Source of the DNA: a bacterium
Lineage (GTDB): Bacteria; UBP7; UBA6624
DNA length: 32,000 nucleotides
Assembly (NCBI GenBank): GCA_002716355.1
Contig: PBAU01000003.1
Coordinates: 60,001 to 92,000, forward strand
Direction: 5' to 3'
In this document: positions 9,142-17,890 of the stretch, piece after piece
Layout of the letters: each line of letters starts with the position of its first letter
Position numbering within the stretch: the first letter of the stretch is position 1
Notes under the pieces: generated by a model
What the model saw: only the letters and a program-made list of their open reading frames with translations
Told to the model about the DNA's origin: nothing
The model's database searches: none
Made by a program: the position numbers and the translations under genes

Positions 9142-12100
9142 ATGATAGATATGATACTATTATCAGCCATGTCTTTCTCTCATTTGCATTTGCACACAGA
9201 ATATTCAGTTCTTGATGGCGTATGCTCTCCAAAAGAAATTTTAACCTATGCAAAAGAGTGTGGCCAGAAATCAATAGCAATTACTGATCATGGTGTTATG
9301 TACGGGGTTCCATCTTTTGTAAGAGAGGCTCGTGATTTAGGCTTAAAGCCTTTGGTTGGATGTGAAGCTTATATTTACGATGATTTTGAATTTCATGACA
9401 GAGGTAGAGATACCATGAAATCAAATCATATAACACTATTGGCAATGAATAAAAAAGGTTATTCGAATCTTTCAAAACTTATAACAAAAGCTCACCTTGA
9501 AGGCTTTTATAGAAACCCTAGAATAAATCTCAGCTGGCTTGCAGAAAGGAATGAGGGGATAATAGTCCTTTCTGGGTGCATTCAAGGTATCTTATCAAGG
9601 GCTATTATCGATGGCAATTTAACACATGCTGAAAATCGTGTTGATTGGTTTAAAGAAATTTTTGGAGATAGGTTTTTTCTTGAAATTATGAATCATGGGA
9701 TCGAAGAAGAAGATGTCATATCCAAACAGCTTATTGAATATGGCAAAAAGAAAAAAATTAAAGTTGTAGCAACAAATGATGTCCACTTTTTAAAAAAGGG
9801 TGATCATGTTGTTCAGGATCTTCTTTTGGCAATAAGGAGCAATCAATTGATTGATGATCCAACAAGATTTAAGGCAAAATGGTCCAATTTGCACCTTGCA
9901 ACAGAGGCTGAAATGTTAAAGCTTTTTGAAGGCAATGAAGAATGTGTGGAAAATACAGCCCTTGTGTCAGATATGATTGATGATTTTTCAGATATTTTCT
10001 CGAATGCAAAACCGATATTTCCTGTTGTTCAGGTTCCAAAATCCCATAATAATTCAAATGATTATCTGAGGTATCTTGCCGAAGAAGGCTTGAAAGAGAG
10101 GTACAAGGGAAATATCGAAGAAGCAAGATTGCGACTCGAGAAAGAGATGGATGTAATAGAGGAACTGGGTTATCCTGATTATTTTTTAGCTGTAAGGGAT
10201 TATGTCAAATATGCTAAAGATAATGATATTCCAGTTGGACCTGGGAGAGGATCTGGGGCTGGGTGTCTTGTTGCTTACTGTTTAGACATAACGACTATAG
10301 ACCCGCTTAAATATGGTTTGATTTTTGAAAGGTTTTTAAACAAGGGAAGGAAATCTTTGCCTGATATAGATATGGACTTTTGCACAATGGGAAGAGATGA
10401 TGTTATTAAGTATATTAGAGAGAAGAATGGAGCAAAAAAAGTATCTCAAATTATCACTTTCAACAGGCTGAAGGGAAAACTTGCTTTTAGGGATATAGCA
10501 AGATTATCAGGAATTCCAGAGCCACGTTTCAGCTTGGTCGCAAAAGCTTTATCCGATGGGGAAAGCCTTCAGGAGGCTTCAGAAAACAATATCATTAAAG
10601 ATATTGTTAACAGGGATCCTGATTGCGAAGATGCTTTACAGAAGGCAACATTGATAGAAAACACGATAAGAAACAAAGGTGTCCATGCAGCAGGATTAGT
10701 GATTTCAAATGAAAATCTTTCTGGATTAGTTCCTTTGGCAAAAGGTAAAAATGGGGAGGTCGTGAGTCAGTATGAAATGGGAGATCTTGAAAGCATGGGT
10801 TTGGTCAAGATGGACATTTTAGGCATAAGAAATTTAACATTTTTAAATGAAGCGCAGAAAAAAATTCAGGCAAATGGTCATGAGTGCAACATATATGACC
10901 TCAATGATAAAGAGCACGATAAAAAAACTTACCGATTACTTGCAAAGGGTCATACAGACGGTGTTTTTCAATTTGAATCTTCAACAGCTGTCAGCCTTTT
11001 GAAGAAAATTAAACCTAAATCAATAGAAGATTTAGCTGTGATAAATGCTTTAAATAGGCCTGGTCCTCTTAACTCTGGGTTAGCTGACAGTTATGTTAAG
11101 AGAAAACTTGGAAAAGAAAAACCAACGCCTCCCCACCCCGCTCTAAAAGAGGTTTTGAAGGAAACTTTAGGTGTTATGGTTTATCAGGAGCAGGTTATGA
11201 GGATAGCTCAAGAGCTTTCAGGTTATTCCTTAATTGAAGCGGATGATCTTAGAAAAGCTATGGGTAAAAAAATTGAATCGCTAATGAAGACTCAAAAGAA
11301 AAGATTTATTGATGGTGCAAAAAAGGTTGGAAAGATTAGCAAGCCAGAAGCTTCAAAGATATTCGCTCAAATAGAAGAGTTTGCACAGTATGGTTTTCCA
11401 AAATCACATTCTGTTGCGTATTCAGTTATAGGTTTTCAATGTGCTTTTTTAAAAGCTCATTTCCCATCTTTTTTTCATGCAGCCTGGCTTTCAAGCTATG
11501 CAGGTAACGCTGACAAGGTTGGAGATTGCGTGTCAAGATTAATCAGTTGGGGAAAAGATGTTTTACCACCTGATATAAATACCAGCGAGGATCTTTTTAG
11601 TGTGAACAAAGAAAATCAAATAGTTTACGGACTTGCAAGCATTAGAAATGTTGGAGAGGCAGCTGCCAGTGACATAGTTTCAGAAAGAAAAAAAGGTGGA
11701 GATTTTTTGGATTTGCAAGATTTTGTTACTCGTTGCCAGAAAATAGTCAATACTAGAGCTTGTGAGACTCTTGCGGCCGCAGGGGCTTTTGATCTTTTTG
11801 GTCTTGACAGAAGGCACTTGCAGGTAGTTATAAAAAATATCTATAAAGAGGTTGAAAGGTTATCAAGGTATAAAGGGCAAGGTTCTCTTTTTGGTGAAAA
11901 AACATTAGTTAGCATTCCTGCTATTGCAGATGTTGACATGTCAGAGGTTCCATCTGTTTCTAAGCTTGAATTTAATGCATTAGAGTCATTTGTTACAACC
12001 TCGCCAATTTCAGAAAAGCATGATGTTTTGTTAGGAATGGGGATTAAGAAGTTAAGCAATTTGAAAACTGGATCAAAGGTTGATGCGATTGGGTATCTTT

Positions 12101-12567
12101 CTTCTTGCAAGATTAGGAAAACTTATGCTGGAAAAAGGTTTGCTGAGGGCGTGATTCAGGATAAAGGTTTTAGGTTCCCTGTCTTTTTTTACGAAAGATT
12201 TTTAGATCAAATTGACTCAAGCCATCTTGCAGATGGAACTGTAGTTATAAGGGGTCGCACCAGAAAAGGGAAGGACGGACAGGTAAATTTTTATGGAGAA
12301 TATATTTGGCCTGAAGGGTCAGGTTACCATCCTCAAGAAAATTTAATAGACAATCAACCCTTGAGAGAAAGTGTGGTGCTGGACATGCATGGTTTGCTGA
12401 AAAAAGAAAACTTGAGTTCTTTGCAGGATGTGCTCAAAACTTTAAAGCCTGGAAATGTTGAAGTTTATATAGATTTTGGTGATAAAAAATTTAGACTTAA
12501 AGATAAATATGATAGAAGTTGCAAAAAAATACTTTCAAATTGGAAAGAAAAGCTAGAAAAAAAATAG
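9142..12567 (+). CDS. dnaE: DNA polymerase III alpha subunit
   Basis: PHP domain HLHLHTEYSVLDG and polymerase core (GRGSGAGCLVAYCLDIT, PDIDMDF, GLVKMDILG). 1141 aa from ATG 9142. The ATG at 9169 (MSFSHLHLH..) is an equally plausible start. Confidence 0.95.
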   Translation: MIDMILLSAMSFSHLHLHTEYSVLDGVCSPKEILTYAKECGQKSIAITDHGVMYGVPSFVREARDLGLKPLVGCEAYIYDDFEFHDRGRDTMKSNHITLLAMNKKGYSNLSKLITKAHLEGFYRNPRINLSWLAERNEGIIVLSGCIQGILSRAIIDGNLTHAENRVDWFKEIFGDRFFLEIMNHGIEEEDVISKQLIEYGKKKKIKVVATNDVHFLKKGDHVVQDLLLAIRSNQLIDDPTRFKAKWSNLHLATEAEMLKLFEGNEECVENTALVSDMIDDFSDIFSNAKPIFPVVQVPKSHNNSNDYLRYLAEEGLKERYKGNIEEARLRLEKEMDVIEELGYPDYFLAVRDYVKYAKDNDIPVGPGRGSGAGCLVAYCLDITTIDPLKYGLIFERFLNKGRKSLPDIDMDFCTMGRDDVIKYIREKNGAKKVSQIITFNRLKGKLAFRDIARLSGIPEPRFSLVAKALSDGESLQEASENNIIKDIVNRDPDCEDALQKATLIENTIRNKGVHAAGLVISNENLSGLVPLAKGKNGEVVSQYEMGDLESMGLVKMDILGIRNLTFLNEAQKKIQANGHECNIYDLNDKEHDKKTYRLLAKGHTDGVFQFESSTAVSLLKKIKPKSIEDLAVINALNRPGPLNSGLADSYVKRKLGKEKPTPPHPALKEVLKETLGVMVYQEQVMRIAQELSGYSLIEADDLRKAMGKKIESLMKTQKKRFIDGAKKVGKISKPEASKIFAQIEEFAQYGFPKSHSVAYSVIGFQCAFLKAHFPSFFHAAWLSSYAGNADKVGDCVSRLISWGKDVLPPDINTSEDLFSVNKENQIVYGLASIRNVGEAAASDIVSERKKGGDFLDLQDFVTRCQKIVNTRACETLAAAGAFDLFGLDRRHLQVVIKNIYKEVERLSRYKGQGSLFGEKTLVSIPAIADVDMSEVPSVSKLEFNALESFVTTSPISEKHDVLLGMGIKKLSNLKTGSKVDAIGYLSSCKIRKTYAGKRFAEGVIQDKGFRFPVFFYERFLDQIDSSHLADGTVVIRGRTRKGKDGQVNFYGEYIWPEGSGYHPQENLIDNQPLRESVVLDMHGLLKKENLSSLQDVLKTLKPGNVEVYIDFGDKKFRLKDKYDRSCKKILSNWKEKLEKK

Positions 12568-12578
12568 AATCGTTCTTT

Positions 12579-13418
12579 ATGACAAATCAAAAAAACAAGA
12601 ACCTTCCTGACCTTATGAGCCAAAAGGACTCAAGGGGCGTGCCTATAAAAAAAGTTGGAATATCTGAATTAAAGGTTCCTTTGAAGGTTAGGAAAAACGA
12701 TGGGTCTATTTGTGAAACTGTCGGTGTATTTGGTATGTTTGTTGGCCTTAAGGCATCAGAGAGAGGTACACACATGAGCAGGTTTTCAGTCCTGTTAAAT
12801 GATTTTATTTCAGGTCAAGGATGTTTAGATTTCGAATCAATCGAATTTTTAACAAGAAAAATGAAAGATTATCTTGACAGCGAAAGCTCTTATATTGATG
12901 TTGAATTTAGTTATTTTAAGAATATAGAGGCTCCAGTGACTTCAATTGCAGGTATTGCTCCTTTTACAGCTGGATATAAAAGTTCGCTTGATCAAAAGGG
13001 TAATTTTTCTCTGAAAACATATGTGTCGGTAACAGGTCAAACATGCTGCCCTTGCTCGAAAGAGATTTCTGATTATGATGAAGAAATAAAAAAGGGCAGA
13101 GGCGCACATTCTCAACATGGCCATGTTTTTATAGAGGTTGAGAACACAGAGAGCCAAGATGTTTCAATAGATGCTTTGATTGAGGTTGCTCAATCGTCCC
13201 TCTCTGCACCTTCGTATCCAATATTAAAAAGACAGGACGAAAGGATTGCGACAATTTCAGCTTACGAAAACCCTTGTTTTGTTGAAGATGTTATAAGAGG
13301 TTGTGCTACACGCTTGAGAAAGTTTGAAGGCATAAACAGTTTTTATTTAGAGGTTGTTAATGACGAGGTTATCCATTTTCACAAAGCAAAAGCCTCACTT
13401 TATGAATCTTTAACTTGA
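12579..13418 (+). CDS. folE2: GTP cyclohydrolase IB (FolE2/MptA family)
   Basis: ERGTHMSRF and CCPCSKEIS ... GAHSQ motifs of the DUF198/FolE2 family. ATG 12579 is preferred because the listed 12519 start would overlap dnaE by 49 nt. Confidence 0.85.
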   Translation: MTNQKNKNLPDLMSQKDSRGVPIKKVGISELKVPLKVRKNDGSICETVGVFGMFVGLKASERGTHMSRFSVLLNDFISGQGCLDFESIEFLTRKMKDYLDSESSYIDVEFSYFKNIEAPVTSIAGIAPFTAGYKSSLDQKGNFSLKTYVSVTGQTCCPCSKEISDYDEEIKKGRGAHSQHGHVFIEVENTESQDVSIDALIEVAQSSLSAPSYPILKRQDERIATISAYENPCFVEDVIRGCATRLRKFEGINSFYLEVVNDEVIHFHKAKASLYESLT

Positions 13419-13985
13419 TTCATTTATTTTTTTTGCTTTGAAATATTCATCAGGATTATTCATTTCATAATTGATCCAATCATCCTGAACTTCTAAAGAA
13501 ATTTTTTTCTGCCGTCTTACCCAATTGTTTAAAGGAGCATCTGAGCTTATTTTTTTTAAATCGTTTATCAAATTTGAGCCTATAAGAATTGGGTGCCCTC
13601 CTTTTTTGTTTGACCTCGGACAAACAACGTGATCATGAATATGCTTACTTGTTATCGCTTTGATTGTTTTAGTTTTAACTAATGGATAGTCGATAGGCCA
13701 AATAAGACATCCGTTACCTTCTTTAATTAACGACAGCCCCTTTTTTATAGACAGGGATCTCAGTTTCGTTTTTTCATTTATTGCAATTTTTTCTAAATTT
13801 GTTATTTCTTTTATTTTTTGTTTATTTTTTCCAGCGACAATTATCATGTCTGCTATTTTGCACTTTTTGGCTTTTCTTAAAATTAGTTCGATTGCTTTTT
13901 CCCCATTGAATTCAAGAAAAGTTTTATCCTCCCCCATTCTGGTTGACATTCCAGCACAAAGTATTACTACGGATATTTTTGCCAC
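13410..13985 (-). CDS. mocA: molybdenum cofactor cytidylyltransferase-like nucleotidyltransferase
   Basis: N-terminal VVILCAGMSTRMGEDK (MobA-like NTP_transf_3 signature). 191 aa. The GTG start shares one base with the stop of the FAD subunit gene (TAGTG), making it the last gene of the Mo-enzyme operon. Confidence 0.75.
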   Translation of the reverse strand: MAKISVVILCAGMSTRMGEDKTFLEFNGEKAIELILRKAKKCKIADMIIVAGKNKQKIKEITNLEKIAINEKTKLRSLSIKKGLSLIKEGNGCLIWPIDYPLVKTKTIKAITSKHIHDHVVCPRSNKKGGHPILIGSNLINDLKKISSDAPLNNWVRRQKKISLEVQDDWINYEMNNPDEYFKAKKINESS

Positions 13986-14959
13986 TACGAATCAGTCAAT
14001 CTTGTCAAAAGTCTTTTGCATAGGACTCCAACCATTTTTTTCCTATAGCTTACAGGCATGGTTAAATTATTGTATGGCTGAGCTTTTTTTTGAATCTTTT
14101 CAGAAATTTCTTTGATCATTGAATTTGAAATTTTTTCACCTTTGAACAAATCTGTTGTATCTTCATTTTTTATTGGATAAGTTCCTATTGCACCTAAAAC
14201 AATATTTATATTTTCAATTTTTTTATCCTTGTCGATTTTAAGTGCTGCAGCAACTGAAACTAATGGATAGTCAAACGTATCTCTAACTCTAATTTTTTCA
14301 TACCCTGTTTTTAAGTTTGCAGTTGTTTTTGGTATTTTTATCTTCGTGATTATTTCAGATTCGTCTTTGAAGTTTCTTTTGATTCCATCATGTGTATAAA
14401 AGTCACTAGATTCAACTATGCGTTTGCCGTTTTTCCCTTCTAGTTCATATTTTGCATCAACTGCAACAAGCATTGGTGCAGAATCGCTTGAGAAAGTTGC
14501 AACACAATATTCTTTTTGAGGAATAACCCTGCATGTGTCTGATTCTGCTTTTAGGCAAGCGCCTAAAGAGGTTCTCCAGAAAGGTGTTTGGTTGTAGAAA
14601 TAACATCTATTATCTATAAGTACATTTCCGCCAATTGTTGCAGTTTTTCTGACAAGAATGCTGCCAACTTGACTGCAGGCTTCAACCAAGCCAGTAAAAT
14701 CTTTTTGTAATGTTTTGTTTTTTGATATCTCGTCAAGAGTTACCATTGCTCCAATATTAAAATTCTGTATAGATCTAGTTTCTTTTATGTTTTTAAGGCT
14801 GATTAAATGAGGCTTAACGTTAAGTCGATTTTTATAATTTTGAAGCAAGTCTGTTCCTCCAGAAACATAATCAAAACCCTCGTTTTTAACTTTTTGACTT
14901 ATTTCTATTGCCTCTTTGATAGAGTTTGGATTGTGCAGTTCAAAAGGTGGTAATATCAT
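13985..14959 (-). CDS. FAD-binding medium subunit of a xanthine-oxidase-family molybdoenzyme, with a 4-Cys insertion (HcrB-like)
   Basis: 324 aa. FAD_binding_5-type N-terminus (GGTDLL, ATIGGNV). A ~40-aa insert follows GGNV, with Cys119, Cys135, Cys143 and Cys152. ATGA overlap with the large-subunit stop. Confidence 0.85.
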   Translation of the reverse strand: MILPPFELHNPNSIKEAIEISQKVKNEGFDYVSGGTDLLQNYKNRLNVKPHLISLKNIKETRSIQNFNIGAMVTLDEISKNKTLQKDFTGLVEACSQVGSILVRKTATIGGNVLIDNRCYFYNQTPFWRTSLGACLKAESDTCRVIPQKEYCVATFSSDSAPMLVAVDAKYELEGKNGKRIVESSDFYTHDGIKRNFKDESEIITKIKIPKTTANLKTGYEKIRVRDTFDYPLVSVAAALKIDKDKKIENINIVLGAIGTYPIKNEDTTDLFKGEKISNSMIKEISEKIQKKAQPYNNLTMPVSYRKKMVGVLCKRLLTRLTDS

Positions 14960-17310
14960 TTCTTTTTAGCTATTGCTGAGATTATTTTTTCAGGTGTCAT
15001 AGGAAGGTTACGAAGCCTGATTCCGACTGCATCGTAAATTGCATTTGCAACAGCAGGCAGTATTGGCAATATTGGACCTTCACCAGCTTCTTTTGCTCCA
15101 AATGGGCCTTCAGGATCCCCTGATTCAATCATAAAAACATCAACATCAGGCATCATAGTTGGAGGTATGCATCTGTAGTCTAGAAAATTTGGATTTTCTA
15201 TTCTGCCTGTGTTCCTGTTGTAATCAAAAGACTCCATCAAGGCTTGCCCTAGGCCCATATGAATACAGCCTTCAATTTGACCTTCAACAGCAAGTGGGTT
15301 TAATGCTTTTCCACAATCATGAGCAGCCCATACTTTTTCAACATTAACCAATCCGGTTTCGGCATCAACTTCTAATTGGCAAACATATGCCCCCATTGAA
15401 TAAGAGGGAGAAAGCCCTGCTGCAGCACCTTTGTGAGAGCCTCCCATTGGAGCTCCTTTTTCAGATTCTTTTCCTCTTAGCTCATCAACTCGAGGCAAGC
15501 CTGGATTAAGGTTGGGAGCCTGGTAATGACCTTTACCATGTAGTGCTCCAGAATCATGTAAAGCTTCTCTAACTGCCTCATTGAAACTGATTGATGATTT
15601 AGTTTTTAACTCTGTTATCCGATCGTTTTTCAGTTCAAGATTTTCAATTGGAGATGCCATTATTTTTGAAGCTGCATTCAGTATTTGTTTTTTTATTTTT
15701 TCAGCTGCTCTTTTTGCAGCAAGTCCAGCCATAAACGTCACTCTTGACGAGTATGACCCAAGGTCTATTGGAGCGGTGTCTGTGTTTTTTGAATATATTC
15801 TGATTCTTGACATGTCACATTTAAGAACTTCCCCTACACATTGGGCTAATACCGTATCAGAACCTTGTCCAATTTCTGCAGCTAGAGAATGGACAGTTAC
15901 CCCTCCGTCAAAATCAATCTTTACATGTACTGTTGATTGAGGCATTCTTTCCCAATTAATAGGAAGAGCGCTGCCTGAAATATAAAATCCACAACCTATT
16001 CCTATGCCTTTGCCATAAGGCATTTGTTTGAATTTTTTATCCCAACCTGAAGCAATTTTGACTTTTTCTATACATTCTTTTATCCCGCAAGAGGTTATAC
16101 GAAAGCCATTTGCGGTTGTTGAGTTTGGCTCATATGCATTTTGGATCCTCAAGTCACAAGGATCAAAATCAATATCCTCAGCAATTTCATCTATTAGAGT
16201 TTCTACCGCAAATCTTGAGTTTACCGCTCCATGGCCTCTCATTGCTCCTGATGCAGGCTTGTTTGTGTAAACTCTATTTCCGTTGTAATTAAAATTTTTT
16301 ATTTTGTATGGGCCAAGACTTAATACCCCATTGTAATAAGTTGTAATGACACCAAAGCTTCCCCAGGCTCCACCATCAATCAAAGCATCAATTTCAAGAG
16401 ATGTAAACTCTCCATCTTTTGTTGCCGACATTTGCATTTCTGTTTTTGTTGGATGTCTGCCGTGATTGCTTATAAAAACTTCATCTCTATCGAATAGTAT
16501 TTTGACAGGCTTTCCTGTTTTTTTAGAGAGGATTGCTGCTGCCATTTCATGAGGAAAAGGATCACTCTTTCCTCCAAAGCCACCTCCAACATAAGGCCTT
16601 ATTACTTTTATGCGATGCATTGGCATTTCCATAACTTCAGCAAGAGCCCTATGGAGGTAATGCGGAACTTGAGTCGAACTCCACACAGTAAGTTTTTTGT
16701 CCGATCCATAACTTGCTATTACTCCCATTGGTTCTGTAAAGGCATGTGTAACACCATTGAATGAAAACTTGCCATTTTTCACTACTGAAGATTTTTTTAA
16801 GGCTTTTTCTACATTTCCAAAGCTTTGGTTAACTGTTTTGAATATATTGCCTTCATATTTTGACCAAGGTTGTATTTTTTGATCAGGATGGCTTATTGGA
16901 GCTAATGATTTTTCAGGTTTTAGTATTGGAGGCAGTTCTTCGTATTCAACCTGTATCAAGTCAAGAGCTTTGATTGCTGTTTCTTCGTCTGTTGCTGCTA
17001 CAGCTGCAATTTGATCACCTATAAATGTAACTTTATCGATCGCAAAAGCTGTTTCATCTTTTGTTATGGGGAGTACTCCAAATCTGTTGTCAGAGTCTTC
17101 TGCAGTTGCTATTGCATAAACTCCTTTGAGCTTTTTTGCTTTAGAGTAGTCAATTTTTTTTATTTTGGCATGGGCAAATGGACTTCTAAGTATTTTTCCT
17201 ATCAGCATAACCTTGCCAGGCAAAACGATATCATCAATATAAACAGCTCTTCCAGTTACCTTTTGAGCTCCATCAACCAATGGAGTTTTTTTGCCGACTG
17301 TATGACTCAC
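14956..17310 (-). CDS. molybdopterin-binding large subunit of a xanthine-oxidase-family molybdoenzyme (HcrA-like)
   Basis: Motifs: VGGGFGGKSD, PASGAMRGHG, and the C-terminal catalytic-Glu region AKEAGEGP...AVANAIYDAVG. 784 aa from GTG 17310, which overlaps the small-subunit TGA (GTGA). The listed 17388 start would add 26 aa overlapping the upstream gene. Confidence 0.9.
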   Translation of the reverse strand: MSHTVGKKTPLVDGAQKVTGRAVYIDDIVLPGKVMLIGKILRSPFAHAKIKKIDYSKAKKLKGVYAIATAEDSDNRFGVLPITKDETAFAIDKVTFIGDQIAAVAATDEETAIKALDLIQVEYEELPPILKPEKSLAPISHPDQKIQPWSKYEGNIFKTVNQSFGNVEKALKKSSVVKNGKFSFNGVTHAFTEPMGVIASYGSDKKLTVWSSTQVPHYLHRALAEVMEMPMHRIKVIRPYVGGGFGGKSDPFPHEMAAAILSKKTGKPVKILFDRDEVFISNHGRHPTKTEMQMSATKDGEFTSLEIDALIDGGAWGSFGVITTYYNGVLSLGPYKIKNFNYNGNRVYTNKPASGAMRGHGAVNSRFAVETLIDEIAEDIDFDPCDLRIQNAYEPNSTTANGFRITSCGIKECIEKVKIASGWDKKFKQMPYGKGIGIGCGFYISGSALPINWERMPQSTVHVKIDFDGGVTVHSLAAEIGQGSDTVLAQCVGEVLKCDMSRIRIYSKNTDTAPIDLGSYSSRVTFMAGLAAKRAAEKIKKQILNAASKIMASPIENLELKNDRITELKTKSSISFNEAVREALHDSGALHGKGHYQAPNLNPGLPRVDELRGKESEKGAPMGGSHKGAAAGLSPSYSMGAYVCQLEVDAETGLVNVEKVWAAHDCGKALNPLAVEGQIEGCIHMGLGQALMESFDYNRNTGRIENPNFLDYRCIPPTMMPDVDVFMIESGDPEGPFGAKEAGEGPILPILPAVANAIYDAVGIRLRNLPMTPEKIISAIAKKK

Positions 17311-17822
17311 TCTGACTTCTTGCCTCTTATTTTTTCTGAAGCTTTTTTTATAGAATCGACAATTTTTATATAGCCAGTGCATCTGCACATATTGCCGGAA
17401 ATAGCCTCTTTGATCTCTTCTTTTGTTGGATTTTTATTTTCTTTGAGCAATGCAAAGCTTGTCATTATGAAGCCAGGTGTGCAAAAACCACATTGGCTTC
17501 CTCCCTCTGTATGAAAGCATTCCTGGATAGGATGCATGTTTTCATTTTCTTGAAGAGATTCAATTGTTTTGATTTTTTTATCTTGTACTTGCATAGCAAG
17601 CGTTAAACATGATAATACGGGTTTGTCATCTATGATAACTGTACAACATCCACATGTACCCATATCACACCCTCTTTTTGTGCCTGTAAGGTTGAGTTTG
17701 TACCTGATTACATCTAAAAGCAAATCATTAGGCCTTATTGCCAATTCGACAATTTCATTATTTATGTTAAATTCAACAATTTTCTTGCTAATTTTCTTGC
17801 TTGGAAATGGAATTAATGTCAT
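17307..17822 (-). CDS. [2Fe-2S]-binding small subunit of a xanthine-oxidase-family molybdoenzyme (HcrC-like)
   Basis: 171 aa with two cluster motifs: GCDMGTCGCCTV...LSC and QCGFCTPG...CRCTGY. Confidence 0.92.
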   Translation of the reverse strand: MTLIPFPSKKISKKIVEFNINNEIVELAIRPNDLLLDVIRYKLNLTGTKRGCDMGTCGCCTVIIDDKPVLSCLTLAMQVQDKKIKTIESLQENENMHPIQECFHTEGGSQCGFCTPGFIMTSFALLKENKNPTKEEIKEAISGNMCRCTGYIKIVDSIKKASEKIRGKKSE

Positions 17823-17856
17823 AAGTAAGTGCTATATGTCATAAGTAAGTGCTATA
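17817..17856. repeat. perfect 2 x 20 bp tandem direct repeat (tgtcataagtaagtgctata), followed by a partial third core (agtgctat, 17856-17863)
   Basis: Read directly from the sequence: 17817-17836 is identical to 17837-17856. The first copy contains the small-subunit start codon (cat at 17820-17822). Confidence 0.97.
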
Positions 17857-17857
17857 G

Positions 17858-17866
17858 TGCTATTAT
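17858..17866 (+). promoter_or_regulatory. candidate extended -10 element (TGCTATTAT) for xdhC
   Basis: A TGn + TATTAT match on the plus strand, 18-27 nt upstream of the two candidate xdhC starts. It overlaps the minus-strand -10 back to back. No good -35. Confidence 0.3.
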
Positions 17867-17890
17867 AAATTTTATTATCACTGTTGGCAA
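17862..17890 (-). promoter_or_regulatory. candidate sigma70-type promoter for the Mo-enzyme operon
   Basis: On the minus strand: TTGCCA (17890..17885), 17-nt spacer, perfect TATAAT (17867..17862). The predicted start lies near 17855, giving a ~33-nt leader made almost entirely of the 20-bp repeats. Confidence 0.5.

Noticed and set aside
12519-12578. Upstream start for folE2 overlapping dnaE by 49 nt
   Set aside because: The extra 20 aa are K/R-rich read-through of the dnaE 3' end. ATG 12579 lies 11 nt after the dnaE stop.
17311-17388. Upstream ATG (17388) giving an 810-aa large subunit
   Set aside because: It would add 26 basic, non-conserved residues that overlap the small-subunit gene by 82 nt. 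GTG 17310 gives the GTGA coupling also seen at the guaB3-like/guaA junction, and the conserved N-terminus (SHTVGKKTPLVDG) follows it directly.
13985-17822. Calling the Mo enzyme an aerobic CO dehydrogenase (CoxSLM) or a purine xanthine dehydrogenase
   Set aside because: The large subunit shows neither the form I VAYRCSFR nor the form II AYRGAGR active-site loop; the equivalent region reads PASGAMRGHG. The 4-Cys insertion in the FAD subunit is not a CoxM or XdhB feature. The substrate remains open.
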